NCBI GenBank assembly: GCA_030674475.1
Contig: JAUSCZ010000035.1
Location: 6,432 to 70,431 of the forward strand
DNA: 64,000 nucleotides
Direction: 5' to 3'
DNA from: Candidatus Omnitrophota bacterium
Lineage (GTDB): Bacteria > Omnitrophota > Gorgyraeia > Gygaellales > UBA12090
Shown here piece after piece: positions 35,866-46,725 of this stretch. The notes below the pieces were generated by a model that had not been told where the DNA came from, made no database searches, and saw only the letters and a program-made list of their open reading frames with translations. A program made the translations under genes and the position numbers. The stretch's first letter is position 1. Each line of letters starts with the position of its first letter.

Positions 35866-36018
35866 CGTATGGTCCTTTCATTTAAACGCAAAAGCGCAAA
35901 AAATATAAGAAATAATTTATACCGCAAAAATGCGAAGAAAGCGTAAAAGCGTGAAGAAACTATCGAGATTTAAGGGTAGACGAATAAAGCGCATCAAACC
36001 GTCCGCTGGATCGAATTA

Positions 36019-36258
36019 TTAGAATAATTCTTTGATTAAATCACTTTTATCTATTTTGAAATGGATAGCGATATCGCTTAAAATGCTGCTTAATGTGCCG
36101 ATTTTAAGGTATTTGTGCGCGGGGATAGTGATGTGGTGTTCGCCGTGCAGAATAGTGGTAAGCCGCATATGACTGCCGGTTTGTCGCGTAATCGCGTAGT
36201 CATATTTTCTGAGAAGCTTAGCGAGTTCTTCTCCGCTGATTTCCCTGGGAAGCTTCAT
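36019..36258 (-). CDS. hicA: HicA-family toxin
   Basis: RQTGSH...ITIPAH...GTLSSIL. Confidence 0.85.
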   Translation of the reverse strand: MKLPREISGEELAKLLRKYDYAITRQTGSHMRLTTILHGEHHITIPAHKYLKIGTLSSILSDIAIHFKIDKSDLIKELF

Positions 36259-36461
36259 ATCGCCATTACTTCATCTTTTACCATATGGAGACGCGCGATA
36301 CGAGGAATGGTCTTTTCGTCAAAATGACACTTTACCGCGTCTTTGATGTTTTCTTTTAGCTCGTCCAAAGTTTCACCTTCGGTATAGATAGAGTAACCTA
36401 GAGCCTTAGCAGTGTAGCCGCCTTCGTCTGAACTTTCAATGATAAATATAATTTCACTCAT
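36255..36461 (-). CDS. Short HicB-like antitoxin
   Basis: EGGYTA...IYTEGETLDELKENIKDAV; overlaps the hicA start. Confidence 0.75.
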   Translation of the reverse strand: MSEIIFIIESSDEGGYTAKALGYSIYTEGETLDELKENIKDAVKCHFDEKTIPRIARLHMVKDEVMAI

Positions 36462-36545
36462 CGTTATTCACCCCTATTTAAGTATATCATAGTTTTATTT
36501 ATTTTTCTAATTTTATATTGTTTCCACCCTAAGAAGCCATTTCTA

Positions 36546-36575
36546 TTGCAAACTCCAGTATAAGTATGTTATACT
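36546..36575 (+). promoter_or_regulatory. Promoter of the thioesterase gene, probably leaderless
   Basis: TTGCAA-18nt-TATACT with TGn, then 6 nt, then ATG 36582. Confidence 0.6.
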
Positions 36576-36581
36576 GCAACT

Positions 36582-37004
36582 ATGTTTATATACAAGCGAA
36601 AAATCAGGTTTCAGGATACGGATGCCGCGGGAGTTATCTTCTTCCCTAACCAATTCTGCTTCTACCAGGAGGCATTCGAGGCATTTCTGGAGAGCATAGG
36701 ATATGATTTAGCAACAGTAACGCGAAAAAATAAACATCATTTGCCGGTTGTCTATGCCGAGGCTGATTATAGCGCGCCCTTACGCTTAGGGGATAATATT
36801 GAGATTCACCTAAAGGTCGCGCACATAGGGAATTCCTCCCTTACTTTCCAGGTTGACATTCTCAAACAAGGTAGAATCCGCGCTGGACGCGTAAAGATAG
36901 TCCATGTGTCTGTTGACGCCCGCACCCGCAAGAAAACTCCCCTCCCCCCAAGCCTACGCGAAAAGATGGCACGACTCCATAAAATAAATCACTTACCATT
37001 ATAA
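36582..37004 (+). CDS. Hotdog-fold acyl-CoA thioesterase, probable DHNA-CoA hydrolase
   Basis: IRFQDTDAAGVIFF motif; adjacent to the men cluster. Confidence 0.8.
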   Translation: MFIYKRKIRFQDTDAAGVIFFPNQFCFYQEAFEAFLESIGYDLATVTRKNKHHLPVVYAEADYSAPLRLGDNIEIHLKVAHIGNSSLTFQVDILKQGRIRAGRVKIVHVSVDARTRKKTPLPPSLREKMARLHKINHLPL

Positions 37005-37039
37005 CCGTCGCGTAAAAACTTCCGGAAGGAGCTTTTGCT

Positions 37040-38404
37040 TTACTTTACGCCGATAGAAACTGACTCCTTCGGCAAAATATAAAAGGCGTCGGGAATCTTA
37101 AATTTAGGCAGGAATTTACTTAAATATTTTTCCAGCGCCAAAGGGTTTAGGCGCTGGTTTTTTTTTATTTTTATGAAGGCAACCGGACGAAATCCATATT
37201 CCTGATTGGGATGCGCCACAACATAAGCATCTTCAATTAACGCGCACTTACGCAAAAAATATTCTATCTCTTCAGGAAAGATGTTTTCTCCCCCTGAGAT
37301 AAACATGGCGTCTTTCCTCCCCCTTACTGTCAGAAATCCTCCTCTTCTAAGAGAGCCCATATCCCCGGTATGAAACCAGCCATCTTTATCAACTGCCGGC
37401 TTTAACGCTCCGTTTTTGATATAACCTTGAAAAAGCGTCTTGCCGGCGGCCAGGATTTCTCCGTCATAAGCCACGCGTATTTTGCGATAACGCAGCACTT
37501 TCGCGCCTTTATGATTAAGCGTGGCGGTTGTTGCTACTTGAGAAGCCATTTCCGTGAGCCCATATGATACATAGAGAGGAACTCCTCGGCTGCGCGCCTC
37601 TGCCCTGAGTTGTTCTGGCATAGCGCTCCCTCCTACAAGCAGCGCTTTAAGTTTCTTGAGCGCGCTACACCCTTTTGCCGCCAAAGCTCTTTGTAACTGC
37701 GCGGCCACCAAGGAAACATGGGTAATATGACACTTACTAATTACCGAACAGACATCTTTATTTTTAGAAATAACCACTGCCGCGCCTTTTAAAAAACAAC
37801 GAAATAGAATACTCAGGCCGGACACATGATAAAGCGGCAGAGATAAAAGCCAGCGGTCAGAAGACTTAACCGGGATATTTCCATCGGAGCCAAGCGCGCT
37901 GTAATAATGGTTGGCGAAGGTATGTTGAACAGCTTTGGGCAGGGCGCGGCTGCCTGAGGTAAAAAGTATTGTTGCCGGTTGATTAAACGCGTAAAGGACA
38001 CTTTTAGATAAAGTTAGCGGCGCGTTTTTTATAACTATGCTTTCTAAAGAAATTACGTCAACCGGAAGGTTTTTATACGCTTCAGGTTCTCTAGCGAAAA
38101 GAGTTTTTCCGCGAACATTTTTTATTTGCTCACCAAGCGCCTCCGGCGGAAGCCTATCGCTTAAAAGGCAGGCCACCGCGCCAATGCGCCACAAGGCAAA
38201 TAAGGTAATGATGTATTCAGGATTTGCCGGAGCCGATATACAAACCCTCTCTTTTTCCTTAATGCCTATATGCTTGAGTTTTTGGGCGCAATAGTCTATG
38301 GCGCGGTCAAAGGCTTTATAAGTAAGCGTTTCGCTATCAGATATAATCGCGCCCCGCCAGCCATATTTAAGCGCGTTTATTTTTATAGGACAGCGAATCT
38401 GCAT
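37040..38404 (-). CDS. menE: o-succinylbenzoate--CoA ligase
   Basis: FTSGS..PKAV, LPLYHVSG, SYGLTE, FISGGENIFPEEIE. Confidence 0.9.
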   Translation of the reverse strand: MQIRCPIKINALKYGWRGAIISDSETLTYKAFDRAIDYCAQKLKHIGIKEKERVCISAPANPEYIITLFALWRIGAVACLLSDRLPPEALGEQIKNVRGKTLFAREPEAYKNLPVDVISLESIVIKNAPLTLSKSVLYAFNQPATILFTSGSRALPKAVQHTFANHYYSALGSDGNIPVKSSDRWLLSLPLYHVSGLSILFRCFLKGAAVVISKNKDVCSVISKCHITHVSLVAAQLQRALAAKGCSALKKLKALLVGGSAMPEQLRAEARSRGVPLYVSYGLTEMASQVATTATLNHKGAKVLRYRKIRVAYDGEILAAGKTLFQGYIKNGALKPAVDKDGWFHTGDMGSLRRGGFLTVRGRKDAMFISGGENIFPEEIEYFLRKCALIEDAYVVAHPNQEYGFRPVAFIKIKKNQRLNPLALEKYLSKFLPKFKIPDAFYILPKESVSIGVK

Positions 38405-38421
38405 AATTTTTTTGGGGGGGG

Positions 38422-39504
38422 TTAAGCTTGACTTAAGTTTTCGAAATTAATATCGCCCTCACTTAGAGGTTTAGGAGACACTACTATCTTTCCTTCTTGA
38501 ATCACAAAAGGCGCCTTTAATAAATCTTTTTCAAAATATTTTAAGGTATCAATCCCTGCCCGGCAAGTGCCGCCCAGCCCCGCGGCAAGCTGAATTAGAG
38601 AAAACAATCCGATTCCGGATTCAAACGAAGAACTCACCACAATTTGTATTCCGTTTTTCTTGGCATCATTTGCCATCACAAGCGCTTTCCTTACGCCTCC
38701 CAACAGAGTAGGTTTTAACACCCAGGCCCTCACCCCTTCACGCATCTTAACAGCCTTACCTCCTTGTGAAATAAGCGATTCATCTAAGGCGGAGACGATG
38801 CCTGTCTTATGAAAAAAAACAGAAGTCTTTTCTATGTCTTTAAAAGGCTCTTCAAGGTATTCAATCTGCTTGGGGTCAATCGCGCCCGCGAAATACAGGG
38901 CGTCATCGTAACTCCATCTTTGATTCACGTCTAAATGTATCCGGGCGCGATTATTCAACAATTTCAAAACCGCTTTGACACGCTCAACATCTTTTTTTAC
39001 CGCGCCGCCGGCCTTTACTTTTATTGATTGAAACCCTTTTCTAAGCAAATCATTAACCGCCTGGCCAAGAGGCTCTTCCTCTTGAAGCAGTCCATTAACC
39101 ATAATGGCAGAACTTGGAGATTCTCCCCAAAGATAAGACAGCGGCTTTTGCAGTTTACGCGCTAACGCGCTATAAAGCGCTGTTTCCACCCCAAAACGGA
39201 CTTCGGGGATAAGGGGACATAAACCTATCTGACGAAACAAACCGTCTAATTCATCAGGAAATTCTTGAATGGCTAAACCCTTAGTGAATTCCTTAAGATT
39301 ATTGAGACATTCTTCTATTTCTCCACCCTCCAATCCTTTGAGAGGAGCAATCTCGCCAAATCCCTGCCATTGGTCATCCAGGGTCAAAGAAAGAATAATC
39401 CCTTCCCGTAAACGCGTTTGGCTTCTGCCTCGAATTACAATGGGAGATTTTAAGGGCAAGGCATAGCGATAGATTTTAAAGGAGGTAACTTTCACAGTAT
39501 CCAA
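38422..39504 (-). CDS. menC: o-succinylbenzoate synthase
   Basis: GEIAPL, KVK, DVNQ, EEP, DES, KPTLLGG, SSSFES. Confidence 0.88.
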   Translation of the reverse strand: MDTVKVTSFKIYRYALPLKSPIVIRGRSQTRLREGIILSLTLDDQWQGFGEIAPLKGLEGGEIEECLNNLKEFTKGLAIQEFPDELDGLFRQIGLCPLIPEVRFGVETALYSALARKLQKPLSYLWGESPSSAIMVNGLLQEEEPLGQAVNDLLRKGFQSIKVKAGGAVKKDVERVKAVLKLLNNRARIHLDVNQRWSYDDALYFAGAIDPKQIEYLEEPFKDIEKTSVFFHKTGIVSALDESLISQGGKAVKMREGVRAWVLKPTLLGGVRKALVMANDAKKNGIQIVVSSSFESGIGLFSLIQLAAGLGGTCRAGIDTLKYFEKDLLKAPFVIQEGKIVVSPKPLSEGDINFENLSQA

Positions 39505-40373
39505 CCCAGGGAAAAAAGAATACTGTAAATAATCAGGAGTTTTCCGGTAAAGCCTAACACCCGGTTAAGCGAAGGGCCGTCAGTTTTGGTAAGAATGACT
39601 TGAATGCTGGGAATAGCAATGAGGATTATACTTGAGACAAATACTATCTTGAAATGCTCCTTGGTGATAAGATAAAGGTAAACAGGGATTGCCGCCGCGA
39701 AAAGAATCGAGCCTATGTATTCGCACTGAGCGAAGCCCCTGCCAAAACGCACGGCCAGGGTGGATTTGCCGGTTAGGGCGTCAGTAGATATATCCCGGTA
39801 ATTATTGACGCAGAGCATTGAGACTGAAAGAGCGCCCGCTCCTAATCCCGCGAGGATTGCCGCGTTATTCCAAGCGAGTGATTGCGTATAATAAGTCCCG
39901 GCCACGGCAACCGGCCCAAAGAAGATAAAGACAAAAAGCTCACCCAGGCCTATATACCCCAGCGGTTTTGGGCCAGCGGTATAAAGAATTCCTGAGGCGA
40001 TAGAAAAAATACCGATAACCACAATAGGCACCCCACCCCTGTACACCAAATAGGCTGATGCCAAAATAGCGGCCGCGAAAACAAAAATAAAACTTCTCTT
40101 TACTGCCTGAGGGCTGAGCAGGCCTGCCTGGGTTACCCTGGTCGGCCCAATACGCTCGGAGGTATCCGCTCCTTTCTTAAAATCAAAATAGTCGTTGGCA
40201 AGATTCGTCCCGATCTGAATCAAAAGCGCGCACAAAAGGCATAAAGACGCGCTTAAGAAATGGGATACCCCATCCCCGTAGGCCATTGCCGCGCCTATGA
40301 CTACCGGTGCCCCTGCCGCGGGCAAAGTCTTTAGCCGACAAGCCATCTGCCAGGCTTTTAATCTACTATTCAT
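39492..40373 (-). CDS. menA: DHNA polyprenyltransferase
   Basis: RLKTLPA, NLANDYFD, NNYRD...K.TLAV. Confidence 0.93.
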   Translation of the reverse strand: MNSRLKAWQMACRLKTLPAAGAPVVIGAAMAYGDGVSHFLSASLCLLCALLIQIGTNLANDYFDFKKGADTSERIGPTRVTQAGLLSPQAVKRSFIFVFAAAILASAYLVYRGGVPIVVIGIFSIASGILYTAGPKPLGYIGLGELFVFIFFGPVAVAGTYYTQSLAWNNAAILAGLGAGALSVSMLCVNNYRDISTDALTGKSTLAVRFGRGFAQCEYIGSILFAAAIPVYLYLITKEHFKIVFVSSIILIAIPSIQVILTKTDGPSLNRVLGFTGKLLIIYSILFSLGWIL

Positions 40374-40394
40374 TATGCGGATATTGTAACTATC

Positions 40395-41222
40395 TTACGG
40401 CCGTTTGGGGAAGCGCGAAAAGTTGGGTTTTCTTTTTTCCACAAAGGCATCGCGGCCTTCCTGGCCTTCTTCGGTCATATAAAAAAGCATCGTGGTATTT
40501 CCGGCTAATTCTTGCAGGCCGGCCTGGCCATCGCAGTCAGCGTTTAAGGCTGCCTTAAGGCAGCGTAGGGCAATCGGAGAATTCGCCAGAATCTCCTTAC
40601 ACCACTTGAGAGTTTCTTTTTCCAGGTCTTTTAAGGTTACGACCTTGTTCACTAAGCCCATTTGAAGCGCTTCCCGGGCGTTATACTTGCGGCACAAAAA
40701 CCAGATTTCCCGCGCCTTCTTCTGCCCCACCACCCGCGCCAGATAAGAAGCACCATAGCCGCCGTCAAATGAGCCCACCTTTGGCCCGGTTTGACCGAAA
40801 ATAGCGTTATCCGCGGCAATCGTAAGGTCTGCCATAAGAGCCAAGATATTTCCACCGCCAATGGCATAACCGGCCACCATGGCAATAATCGGTTTGGGGC
40901 AGGTCCTCATCTGGCGCTGAAAATCAAGCACATTCAGCCGCTGGACGCCTTTTCCATCCTTGTATCCGGCATCGCCGCGTATCTTTTGGTCTCCGCCTGA
41001 ACAAAAAGCGCGCCTTCCCTTGCCAGTGAGAATTATTACCCCGATTTTCTCATCATTACGCGCGTCATCCAGGGCCTTAGACATTTCAATCACAGTTAGA
41101 GGACGAAAGGCGTTTAACGCCTCGGGGCGGTTAATGGTAATTTTGGCAATTCCCTCTGTCTTTTCATATTCAATATCGCTAAAGCTTAGCGTTTTTATCC
41201 ACTTAATCTTTTGATTCTTCAT
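40395..41222 (-). CDS. menB: DHNA-CoA synthase
   Basis: [24 protein letters not shown]. Confidence 0.96.
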   Translation of the reverse strand: MKNQKIKWIKTLSFSDIEYEKTEGIAKITINRPEALNAFRPLTVIEMSKALDDARNDEKIGVIILTGKGRRAFCSGGDQKIRGDAGYKDGKGVQRLNVLDFQRQMRTCPKPIIAMVAGYAIGGGNILALMADLTIAADNAIFGQTGPKVGSFDGGYGASYLARVVGQKKAREIWFLCRKYNAREALQMGLVNKVVTLKDLEKETLKWCKEILANSPIALRCLKAALNADCDGQAGLQELAGNTTMLFYMTEEGQEGRDAFVEKRKPNFSRFPKRP

Positions 41223-42997
41223 TTCTTAGGCCTCCCCCTCAAACAAGCTCGTATCGTGTTTTGCGAAGTTTGCAGCGCCTTATAATTTTCATCGCGATTA
41301 GCTTCAATTTCAATAATAGTTGTTCCCTTTTTTTCTAAAGCGCCGCGGTAAGTGTCAGCGAATTCCCGCGCTGTTGTCACCCTGGCGTAGGCGATCTGAA
41401 ACATTCCTGCCGCCAGCTCAAAGCTAAAGGTATGCGGCGCGGCAAAATATTTTTCAAAAACACTCGGAAACGCGGCAATCGGCAAAAAAGAAAAAATCCC
41501 GCCTCCGCGATCATTGATTACAATAATAACCAGCGGATATTTAAGTTCTTTTGCCAGCGCCAAAGAATTAAGGTCATGGAGAAAGGCTAAATCCCCGATA
41601 AGCACGACACAAGGCTTACCTAAACCATTAGTGAACCCTATCGCGGAAGCAATGGTACCATCAATACCGCTTGAGCCGCGGTTCGCACCCACGCGGCATA
41701 AATTCTTATTTACCCCGGCAAACATATCCATTATTCGAATAGACATACTGTTGGCCAAGAATATCCCTGTTTCCTGGGAAGGGAGCGTGCTTATACGCTG
41801 TGCCAAAACGCCGGGAGTAAGAGACGCGGCCCCATTTATCTCAGCTAAAAGACATTGCTGAACGCGTTCGGATGCCTTTTTGAGCTGGGCGGTAAAATTA
41901 TTCCTTTTGCGCTGTTTTAAAAACTGCTTGATAGCCCCGCAAAAATAGGAAACTGAACATTCAATCCGCGTTGTTACGCGATGCAGGGGGTCATTACGCA
42001 AAGGATGATTAAGCACGGTAATATAAGAAATGAGGGTAATCTTTTTAATAAACTCATACCAGCGGCTCGAAGTCAATCGTCCTCCCAGATGAAGAACGCC
42101 ATCTGGCTTATAGCGCGCCAAGAGCGCGGGCTCAAGCAAGAGTTGGTCAAAATAATGAATTACCATTTCGTCATTACTTTTTAGGCGCAATCCAGAGGTT
42201 ATATCGGCGAAAACCGGCCATTGCAGGATACGCGCGAGGATAAGGACATTTTTCTCTTCCTCTTCATTTCTTAATTTCCCTACAGCGATAATTCCCCGTT
42301 TGATCGCGCTAAGTTCCTGAGCAAGGTTTTTAAGCTCCTCTGATGATAAGCTTTTTTCATAAAACGTATAGCGCGTCCACGGCAAGGAATTTTTTAACCA
42401 CCGGCTAAGAGGTTTTAAGTTCCCCGGGGTAAATCCTTTTTCCGGTATCGGAGCCAGCGGCTCGCGAAACATACAATTTATATGCACCGGGCCGGGGAAG
42501 TTGGCGCGCGCGCGATAGACTGCCTGATCAATAGTAGTTACTACCGTTTCTAAGGGTATCTCTTTCGTGGGGCAGGGCAGGTCAAAGAAAAAACGCGCGT
42601 AATCGCCAAAAATTTTTACCTGGTCAATGGTTTGATTAGCTCCGGTGTTCCGCAATTCAGGGGGACGATCAGCAGTCAGAATAATCAAGGGAAGTTTTTT
42701 CTTGGATGCCTCAATAATCGCGGGGAAAAAATTGGCCACCGCCGTGCCTGAGGTCGCGATAAGACAAGCTGGCTTACCACTTGAGGCAGCATACCCTAAG
42801 GCATAATAGGCCAGGCCCCGCTCATCAAAATGAATAAAGCTCTTCGCGCGCCTATTCTCGGCAACCGCGACCACCAGCGGCCCGGAACGCGAACCCGGAG
42901 CAATACAAAAATGCTCCACCCCCAAGCGTATCAGCTCCTCAATAATCAGCTTTCCCCAGAGATGGTTTATGTTTTTTGTATCGCGTAGATCAAACAT
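41219..42997 (-). CDS. menD: SEPHCHC synthase
   Basis: [43 protein letters not shown]. Confidence 0.95.
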   Translation of the reverse strand: MFDLRDTKNINHLWGKLIIEELIRLGVEHFCIAPGSRSGPLVVAVAENRRAKSFIHFDERGLAYYALGYAASSGKPACLIATSGTAVANFFPAIIEASKKKLPLIILTADRPPELRNTGANQTIDQVKIFGDYARFFFDLPCPTKEIPLETVVTTIDQAVYRARANFPGPVHINCMFREPLAPIPEKGFTPGNLKPLSRWLKNSLPWTRYTFYEKSLSSEELKNLAQELSAIKRGIIAVGKLRNEEEEKNVLILARILQWPVFADITSGLRLKSNDEMVIHYFDQLLLEPALLARYKPDGVLHLGGRLTSSRWYEFIKKITLISYITVLNHPLRNDPLHRVTTRIECSVSYFCGAIKQFLKQRKRNNFTAQLKKASERVQQCLLAEINGAASLTPGVLAQRISTLPSQETGIFLANSMSIRIMDMFAGVNKNLCRVGANRGSSGIDGTIASAIGFTNGLGKPCVVLIGDLAFLHDLNSLALAKELKYPLVIIVINDRGGGIFSFLPIAAFPSVFEKYFAAPHTFSFELAAGMFQIAYARVTTAREFADTYRGALEKKGTTIIEIEANRDENYKALQTSQNTIRACLRGRPKK

Positions 42998-44383
42998 TTA
43001 TCGCTCGCTAAAAAGGTTAAGGAAAATGCTCTTTTTCTGCTCTATCTCCTGCCATTCCTCATCCGCGGTTGAGCCCTCCACAATACCCGCGCCAGCGTAT
43101 AAATTGACGCGGCTGCCCTGCATCAGCGCGCAACGAAGGGCAACGGCGAAATCAACTGAATCATAGCCTATATGCCCTATCGGCCCGGCATACCAGCCGC
43201 GCTCAAATGGCTCTAATTTCGCGATTGCCTTTAGCGCCTGAGCCCTGGGCATCCCGCCTACCGCGGGTGTTGGATGAAGCACGGTTAAAATCTGGGCGTC
43301 ATCTACTGTGTCCCTCAATGTCCCTTGGAAACGGGTAATTAAATGATGCGCGCTTGAGGCCTTTACCACCGAGGGCACGGCATCCGCCTGCCAAGACACG
43401 CATAATTTTTTGAAGGCGTCTTTAATCGCCTCAACCACGATTTTATGTTCCCGCGCGTCTTTGGGTGAATCAAGCAGTATTTTTTCAAAATGAGCGTCCT
43501 CATCAGTTGTTTCTCCCCGCGGCCTTGTCCCCGCAAGGGCCTCGCTTTCGATAGCAACGCCTTGACGCTTAAGCAGGCGCTCCGGTGACGCGCCAAAAAA
43601 GGCACAGTCATCTTGCGGCTGGAAATAATAGTGGAAAGAGCCTTGCGCCTGTTGAGTAAGTTTTTTAAATACCGCAAGGGGATCAACCTTTGAAACAAGC
43701 TCAATAGATGTCTTTTGGGCCAAGACTATTTTTTGATAGATAGTTTTACCTGAAGGCTGAATATGCTCTTTGAATAGTTTTTGCCATTCTTGGCTATTGG
43801 GAGACACGGAAAAAGACTTAATCTTCGGAATAGAAACATCCGCCAGGCTCAGAGAAAATAAAATTTCATCTAAAGCGCGCAGGTAATCCTTAATCAAGGA
43901 TTCAGTAACATCTTGGGTTACTATATTACAGGCAAAGAAACATTCACCTTTTCTCTTTACAATTTCGAAGCGAGGAAGTAAAAAACAGTAGGCGCCGAAT
44001 GCCTTCCATTCTTGCGCCGTCTTTCTCGTGCCGGCTATGTCTCTATTAACTTCAGGCGGATAGAAATCCATTCCTCCATAATAACGGATATCACCGCCTG
44101 CCGAAAGCCTTTGGGAAATAGCGTTAAAAGGCGCATTGTAAGTATCAATCGCGCTACCTCGCGTTATATCCGCGGTTCCAATTCCCGCCATCCGGAAAGA
44201 ATTATCCCTGCTTGCCCAATACAGCTTAACCTGGCTTGTTTGAGCGTCCAGCCAATCTAAGCAATTAACTCGCGGACAAGGCACCTCAAAGCGCAAGATA
44301 CTTTTTTGCTTATCACGATATGCGCCTCGCGAAAGCCTAAGGATGTCTTGGGCTATTCTCTCTTTAACTTCCTGAAATGACAT
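42998..44383 (-). CDS. menF: Isochorismate synthase
   Basis: GASPERL, EALAGT, LHPTPAVGG, RGWYAG, YAGAGIV. Confidence 0.9.
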   Translation of the reverse strand: MSFQEVKERIAQDILRLSRGAYRDKQKSILRFEVPCPRVNCLDWLDAQTSQVKLYWASRDNSFRMAGIGTADITRGSAIDTYNAPFNAISQRLSAGGDIRYYGGMDFYPPEVNRDIAGTRKTAQEWKAFGAYCFLLPRFEIVKRKGECFFACNIVTQDVTESLIKDYLRALDEILFSLSLADVSIPKIKSFSVSPNSQEWQKLFKEHIQPSGKTIYQKIVLAQKTSIELVSKVDPLAVFKKLTQQAQGSFHYYFQPQDDCAFFGASPERLLKRQGVAIESEALAGTRPRGETTDEDAHFEKILLDSPKDAREHKIVVEAIKDAFKKLCVSWQADAVPSVVKASSAHHLITRFQGTLRDTVDDAQILTVLHPTPAVGGMPRAQALKAIAKLEPFERGWYAGPIGHIGYDSVDFAVALRCALMQGSRVNLYAGAGIVEGSTADEEWQEIEQKKSIFLNLFSER

Positions 44384-44409
44384 AATGATTTGCTCTGAAC
44401 AGATAACAA

Positions 44410-44988
44410 CTAATAGTTCTCTGCCAAGACCTCATAATAGGCCTGTGGGTGCTTGCAGGCAGGGCATTCCTTGGGGGCATCAGCTGATTCACTTACGTAT
44501 CCGCAGTTGATACAGTGCCATTTTACCGGAGATTTTTTCTTAAATACCTCACCATTCATAAGGTTATTAATAAGTTTACGGTAACGTGTTTCGTGGAATT
44601 TCTCAACCTTGGCCACCTGTTCAAATGAACGGCACACATCAGGAAATCCTTCGTCCTTTGCTGTTTTGGCAAAGTCCTGATACAGCGCGGTCCACTCTAA
44701 GTTTTCGCCCGCGGCCGCGGCCTCAAGGTTGGTTTTTGTGTCCTTTATTGCCCCGGCAGGATATACCGCGGTTATCTCCACATCCCCGCCTTCAAGATGT
44801 TTAAAAAACACCTTGGCGTGCTCCTTTTCATTCTCCGCGGTCTCGGTGAAAATATTGGCTATCTGCTCATAGCCTTCCTTTTTCGCGGCAGAGGCAAAGT
44901 AAGTATAACGGTTACGCGCCTGCGACTCACCGGCAAATGCCTTCAATAAATTCTGCTCTGTCTTACTGCCTTTAATTGATTTTACCAT
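44410..44988 (-). CDS. rbr: Rubrerythrin
   Basis: [12 protein letters not shown], ExxH motifs, C-terminal CxxC...CxxC. Confidence 0.95.
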   Translation of the reverse strand: MVKSIKGSKTEQNLLKAFAGESQARNRYTYFASAAKKEGYEQIANIFTETAENEKEHAKVFFKHLEGGDVEITAVYPAGAIKDTKTNLEAAAAGENLEWTALYQDFAKTAKDEGFPDVCRSFEQVAKVEKFHETRYRKLINNLMNGEVFKKKSPVKWHCINCGYVSESADAPKECPACKHPQAYYEVLAENY

Positions 44989-45032
44989 GGGCTGAGTCCT
45001 CCTATGTATTTTTAATTTAATATATCACCGCG

Positions 45033-45893
45033 TCAGCGGCGCGTGAATAAAAGCGCGTACCAGTTTTTTTGAACGAGCACCCGCAGGCATCTGAGCCGCC
45101 TGTCGCTAAACTTTTTCCTGAAACCGGAATAATTATCGCGATAAATCCCGGAAACCGCCAGATATTTTCCCGGCTTCAGGCACGCGATGAACTTGTTCTT
45201 TAGCTTGATCAAATCCTCGGTGAGCAGGTTTGCCGCGATAAAATCAAATTGCTTCTCTGCGCGAAACTCATCAAAACTTAGCGTCTTTATACAGGCTGGC
45301 CGACACTGATTTATCCTTAAATTACGCCGCGCCGTCTTTATCGCGTCTTTGTCAATGTCAATGGCATAGAGCTGGCTCGCGCCGTATCTATGGGCAATAA
45401 TTGAGAGTATGCCTGAACCGGTGCCTACATCAAGAAAACACGAAAACCTTCCTTTTTCCAAAGCAATGAACCGCGCCATCATTCGCGTAGTCGCGTGCAG
45501 CCCTGAGCCAAAGGCAAAAACCGTATCAATATAAATATCCTTATCGCTCTTTTTTGTTTCTTGCCGCGCCTTCCATAAGGGCACAACCCGAATCTGCCTG
45601 GTGATGGCAAAAGGCTTGACGTATTTTTTCCAGCGCGTCTTCCAATCTTTATCTTTTAACGGCTTCACGCGCAGAAAAAAGCCCTTAAGCCTCAGCGCGC
45701 GGATTTTGGCAAAAACCGCCAGGGCCTTTTTTCTTGATTTAAGGAAAAATGAAAGGCAGGTTTTTCCTTTTTGCAGTTTTTCAACAATATCCTGCTCTCT
45801 CACACCGAGATTTATTAAAACAAGGCGTAATAAATCGGACTGCGCCAACCGCGCCGATTTTATGATAAGCCTACATTCAAACATGCCCCCCAC
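45033..45893 (-). CDS. prmA: Ribosomal protein L11 methyltransferase
   Basis: DW...WK, AFGSGLHATT, LDVGTGSGIL, SGI. Confidence 0.85.
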   Translation of the reverse strand: MGGMFECRLIIKSARLAQSDLLRLVLINLGVREQDIVEKLQKGKTCLSFFLKSRKKALAVFAKIRALRLKGFFLRVKPLKDKDWKTRWKKYVKPFAITRQIRVVPLWKARQETKKSDKDIYIDTVFAFGSGLHATTRMMARFIALEKGRFSCFLDVGTGSGILSIIAHRYGASQLYAIDIDKDAIKTARRNLRINQCRPACIKTLSFDEFRAEKQFDFIAANLLTEDLIKLKNKFIACLKPGKYLAVSGIYRDNYSGFRKKFSDRRLRCLRVLVQKNWYALLFTRR

Positions 45894-45903
45894 CTTCTTG
45901 GCC

Positions 45904-46725
45904 TTAAGCAGTGAAATATCCCCGCGGGGTAATCATATATTTATCTTTAACAAAAGTTTGTGAATTGCCTACGATAATGGTGGTTACCATGTCTATGTTC
46001 TTAAAAGAAGGCATTGCTTTTAATGTGGTGATTTTTACTTCCTGGCCGACCCTTTCGCAATTACGCACTATCCCCACCGGTGTTTTAGGTGATCTGCAAC
46101 GCATCAGTATCTGCCAGGCTCTTTGCAAAGGTTTAGCGCGCTTCTTGCCTTTAGGATTATACAGCGCGATTACAAAATCCGCCTTCGCGGCTGCTTCAAC
46201 CCTCTGCTCAATCAAACCTAAATCCGTAAGAAGGTCACTCAATGAAATCACCGCGAAATCATGCATAAGCGGCGCCCCCAAAATAGCCGCGCTGCCAGAA
46301 GAAGCCATTACCCCGGGGATGATTTCAACTTTTATCTTATCATCTTTTTTGAGCAATTCCAAGACCAGTCCGGCCATACCATAAACACCGGAATCGCCGC
46401 TGGAAACGAGACAGACGCGATAACCTTCCTTAGCCTTATCTATAGCCTGCCTGGCCCTTTCCACTTCGTGGGTCATACCGGTAGAAATTAATTCTTTGCC
46501 TCTGGATAAATTCCCCAAAAGCGCTATATAGGTTTTATATCCGGCGATGACACTGCTTTTTTCTATAGCCTTTTTTGCCCTTAAAGTCAACAGGTCGAGG
46601 CTTCCCGGCCCAATACCTACAACGGTTAATTTTCCCTGGCGATGGCTACGGTGAGGCCGCTTAATTTCATTTTTGGCACTATCAGTTTCGCTCTTTTTCC
46701 GGCTAATAACGCGCATGGCTCGCAT
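45904..46725 (-). CDS. cbiH: Cobalt-precorrin-3B C17-methyltransferase (start uncertain: 46725 or 46716)
   Basis: VVGIGPG, SSGDSGVYGMAG, GAPLMHDF, YNP, TPRGY. Confidence 0.9.
   Translation of the reverse strand: MRAMRVISRKKSETDSAKNEIKRPHRSHRQGKLTVVGIGPGSLDLLTLRAKKAIEKSSVIAGYKTYIALLGNLSRGKELISTGMTHEVERARQAIDKAKEGYRVCLVSSGDSGVYGMAGLVLELLKKDDKIKVEIIPGVMASSGSAAILGAPLMHDFAVISLSDLLTDLGLIEQRVEAAAKADFVIALYNPKGKKRAKPLQRAWQILMRCRSPKTPVGIVRNCERVGQEVKITTLKAMPSFKNIDMVTTIIVGNSQTFVKDKYMITPRGYFTA

Noticed and set aside
38407-38421. T7-G8 homopolymer between menC and menE as a phase-variation switch
   Set aside because: Intergenic and short; no evidence that length change would affect expression
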